64,000 nucleotides of DNA from Phycisphaerae bacterium (lineage in GTDB: Bacteria; Planctomycetota; Phycisphaerae; UBA1845; Fen-1342): positions 96,001 through 160,000 of the forward strand of contig CAXXWX010000006.1 of assembly GCA_963675745.2 (NCBI GenBank), in the 5' to 3' direction. The notes under the pieces were generated by a model that made no database searches, was not told where the DNA came from, and worked only from the letters and a program-made list of their open reading frames with translations. Shown piece by piece: positions 63,497 to 64,000 of this stretch (position 1 is its first letter; the number at the start of each line of letters is the position of its first letter). The position numbers were made by a program, and so were the translations under genes.

Positions 63497-64000
63497 TCAA
63501 TCTGCTCCCGCGTCGGTCGTGGCCGTGGCTCGCGGTGCGATGGCAGCGCTGTCCGGCGGTGGCATGCTTACGGTCTGAAAGCCCGCATGGTCCTGTATGT
63601 GCCCGGGCGGCATCGGGACGTAGGGTGCCATGCGGCGGTGGTCGATGTCTTCGAAGTCTCGATGGCAGGCATCGCAGCGGCCGAAGGCCTCGCTGTAGAT
63701 GCCGGGTTCCTCCTCGGCGAGGCGTTGGTGGCACGGGACACACAGGCCGTGCATGGCGTCCATGTAGCCCGGCGCGAAGCCCACCAGCCCGTTCTCTCCG
63801 GGTGGCACGAGGGAGCCCTCAACCACCATGTCTCCGTGACATTGCCAGCAAGCCAGCGCGTTGTCGCGTGACTTGCGCACACGATACTCGGCGTGACAGA
63901 CGGAGCAGGCGCTGTTGCCTCCGAGTTTGTATATATGCCAATTGTGGTCGAACGTGTCGGTGGTTTCATACATGTCGCGATGACATTGCGAGCACGCCGT
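63497..64000 (-). CDS. Multiheme cytochrome c3-like protein, 3' part (starts beyond the window)
   Basis: Open to the window end: CSQCH, FDH..H, CSVCH, CWQCH, AMHGLCVPCH, CDACH. Confidence 0.9.
   Translation of the reverse strand, partial: TACSQCHRDMYETTDTFDHNWHIYKLGGNSACSVCHAEYRVRKSRDNALACWQCHGDMVVEGSLVPPGENGLVGFAPGYMDAMHGLCVPCHQRLAEEEPGIYSEAFGRCDACHRDFEDIDHRRMAPYVPMPPGHIQDHAGFQTVSMPPPDSAAIAPRATATTDAGAD

Overview
A GC-rich, mostly core-genome window. It probably comes from a Phycisphaerae-like planctomycete; this is inferred from the GDLNCDG dockerin-type tails, DUF1570 and the gene style. About 50 CDS are supportable. Housekeeping genes include partial groEL, plsY, nrdR, lipA, murG, trkAH, sucAB, pckA, tadA, HU, pyrH, purM, hutI and nadA. 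The window also carries transporters (MsbA-like ABC, BtuF/BtuD-like pair, CopA), a VapBC toxin-antitoxin pair with a PIN remnant, three large secreted proteases and REP-like repeats. I found no tRNA, rRNA, CRISPR array or transposase. The most notable items are: (1) nrdR coupled to a stand-alone double ATP-cone protein, under tandem NrdR boxes that overlap its promoter and followed by an unannotated structured RNA; (2) a membrane-anchored 23-heme cytochrome downstream of a second multiheme gene; (3) an orphan HerA facing a large unknown P-loop NTPase; (4) dockerin-tagged S8 and C25 proteases, plus an S8 protease with a Cys-TM-Arg sorting tail; (5) a sigma54-type promoter with upstream palindromes at groEL; (6) a REP stutter translated in frame inside an ABC ATPase. 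All family calls come from reading motifs by eye; no searches were run.
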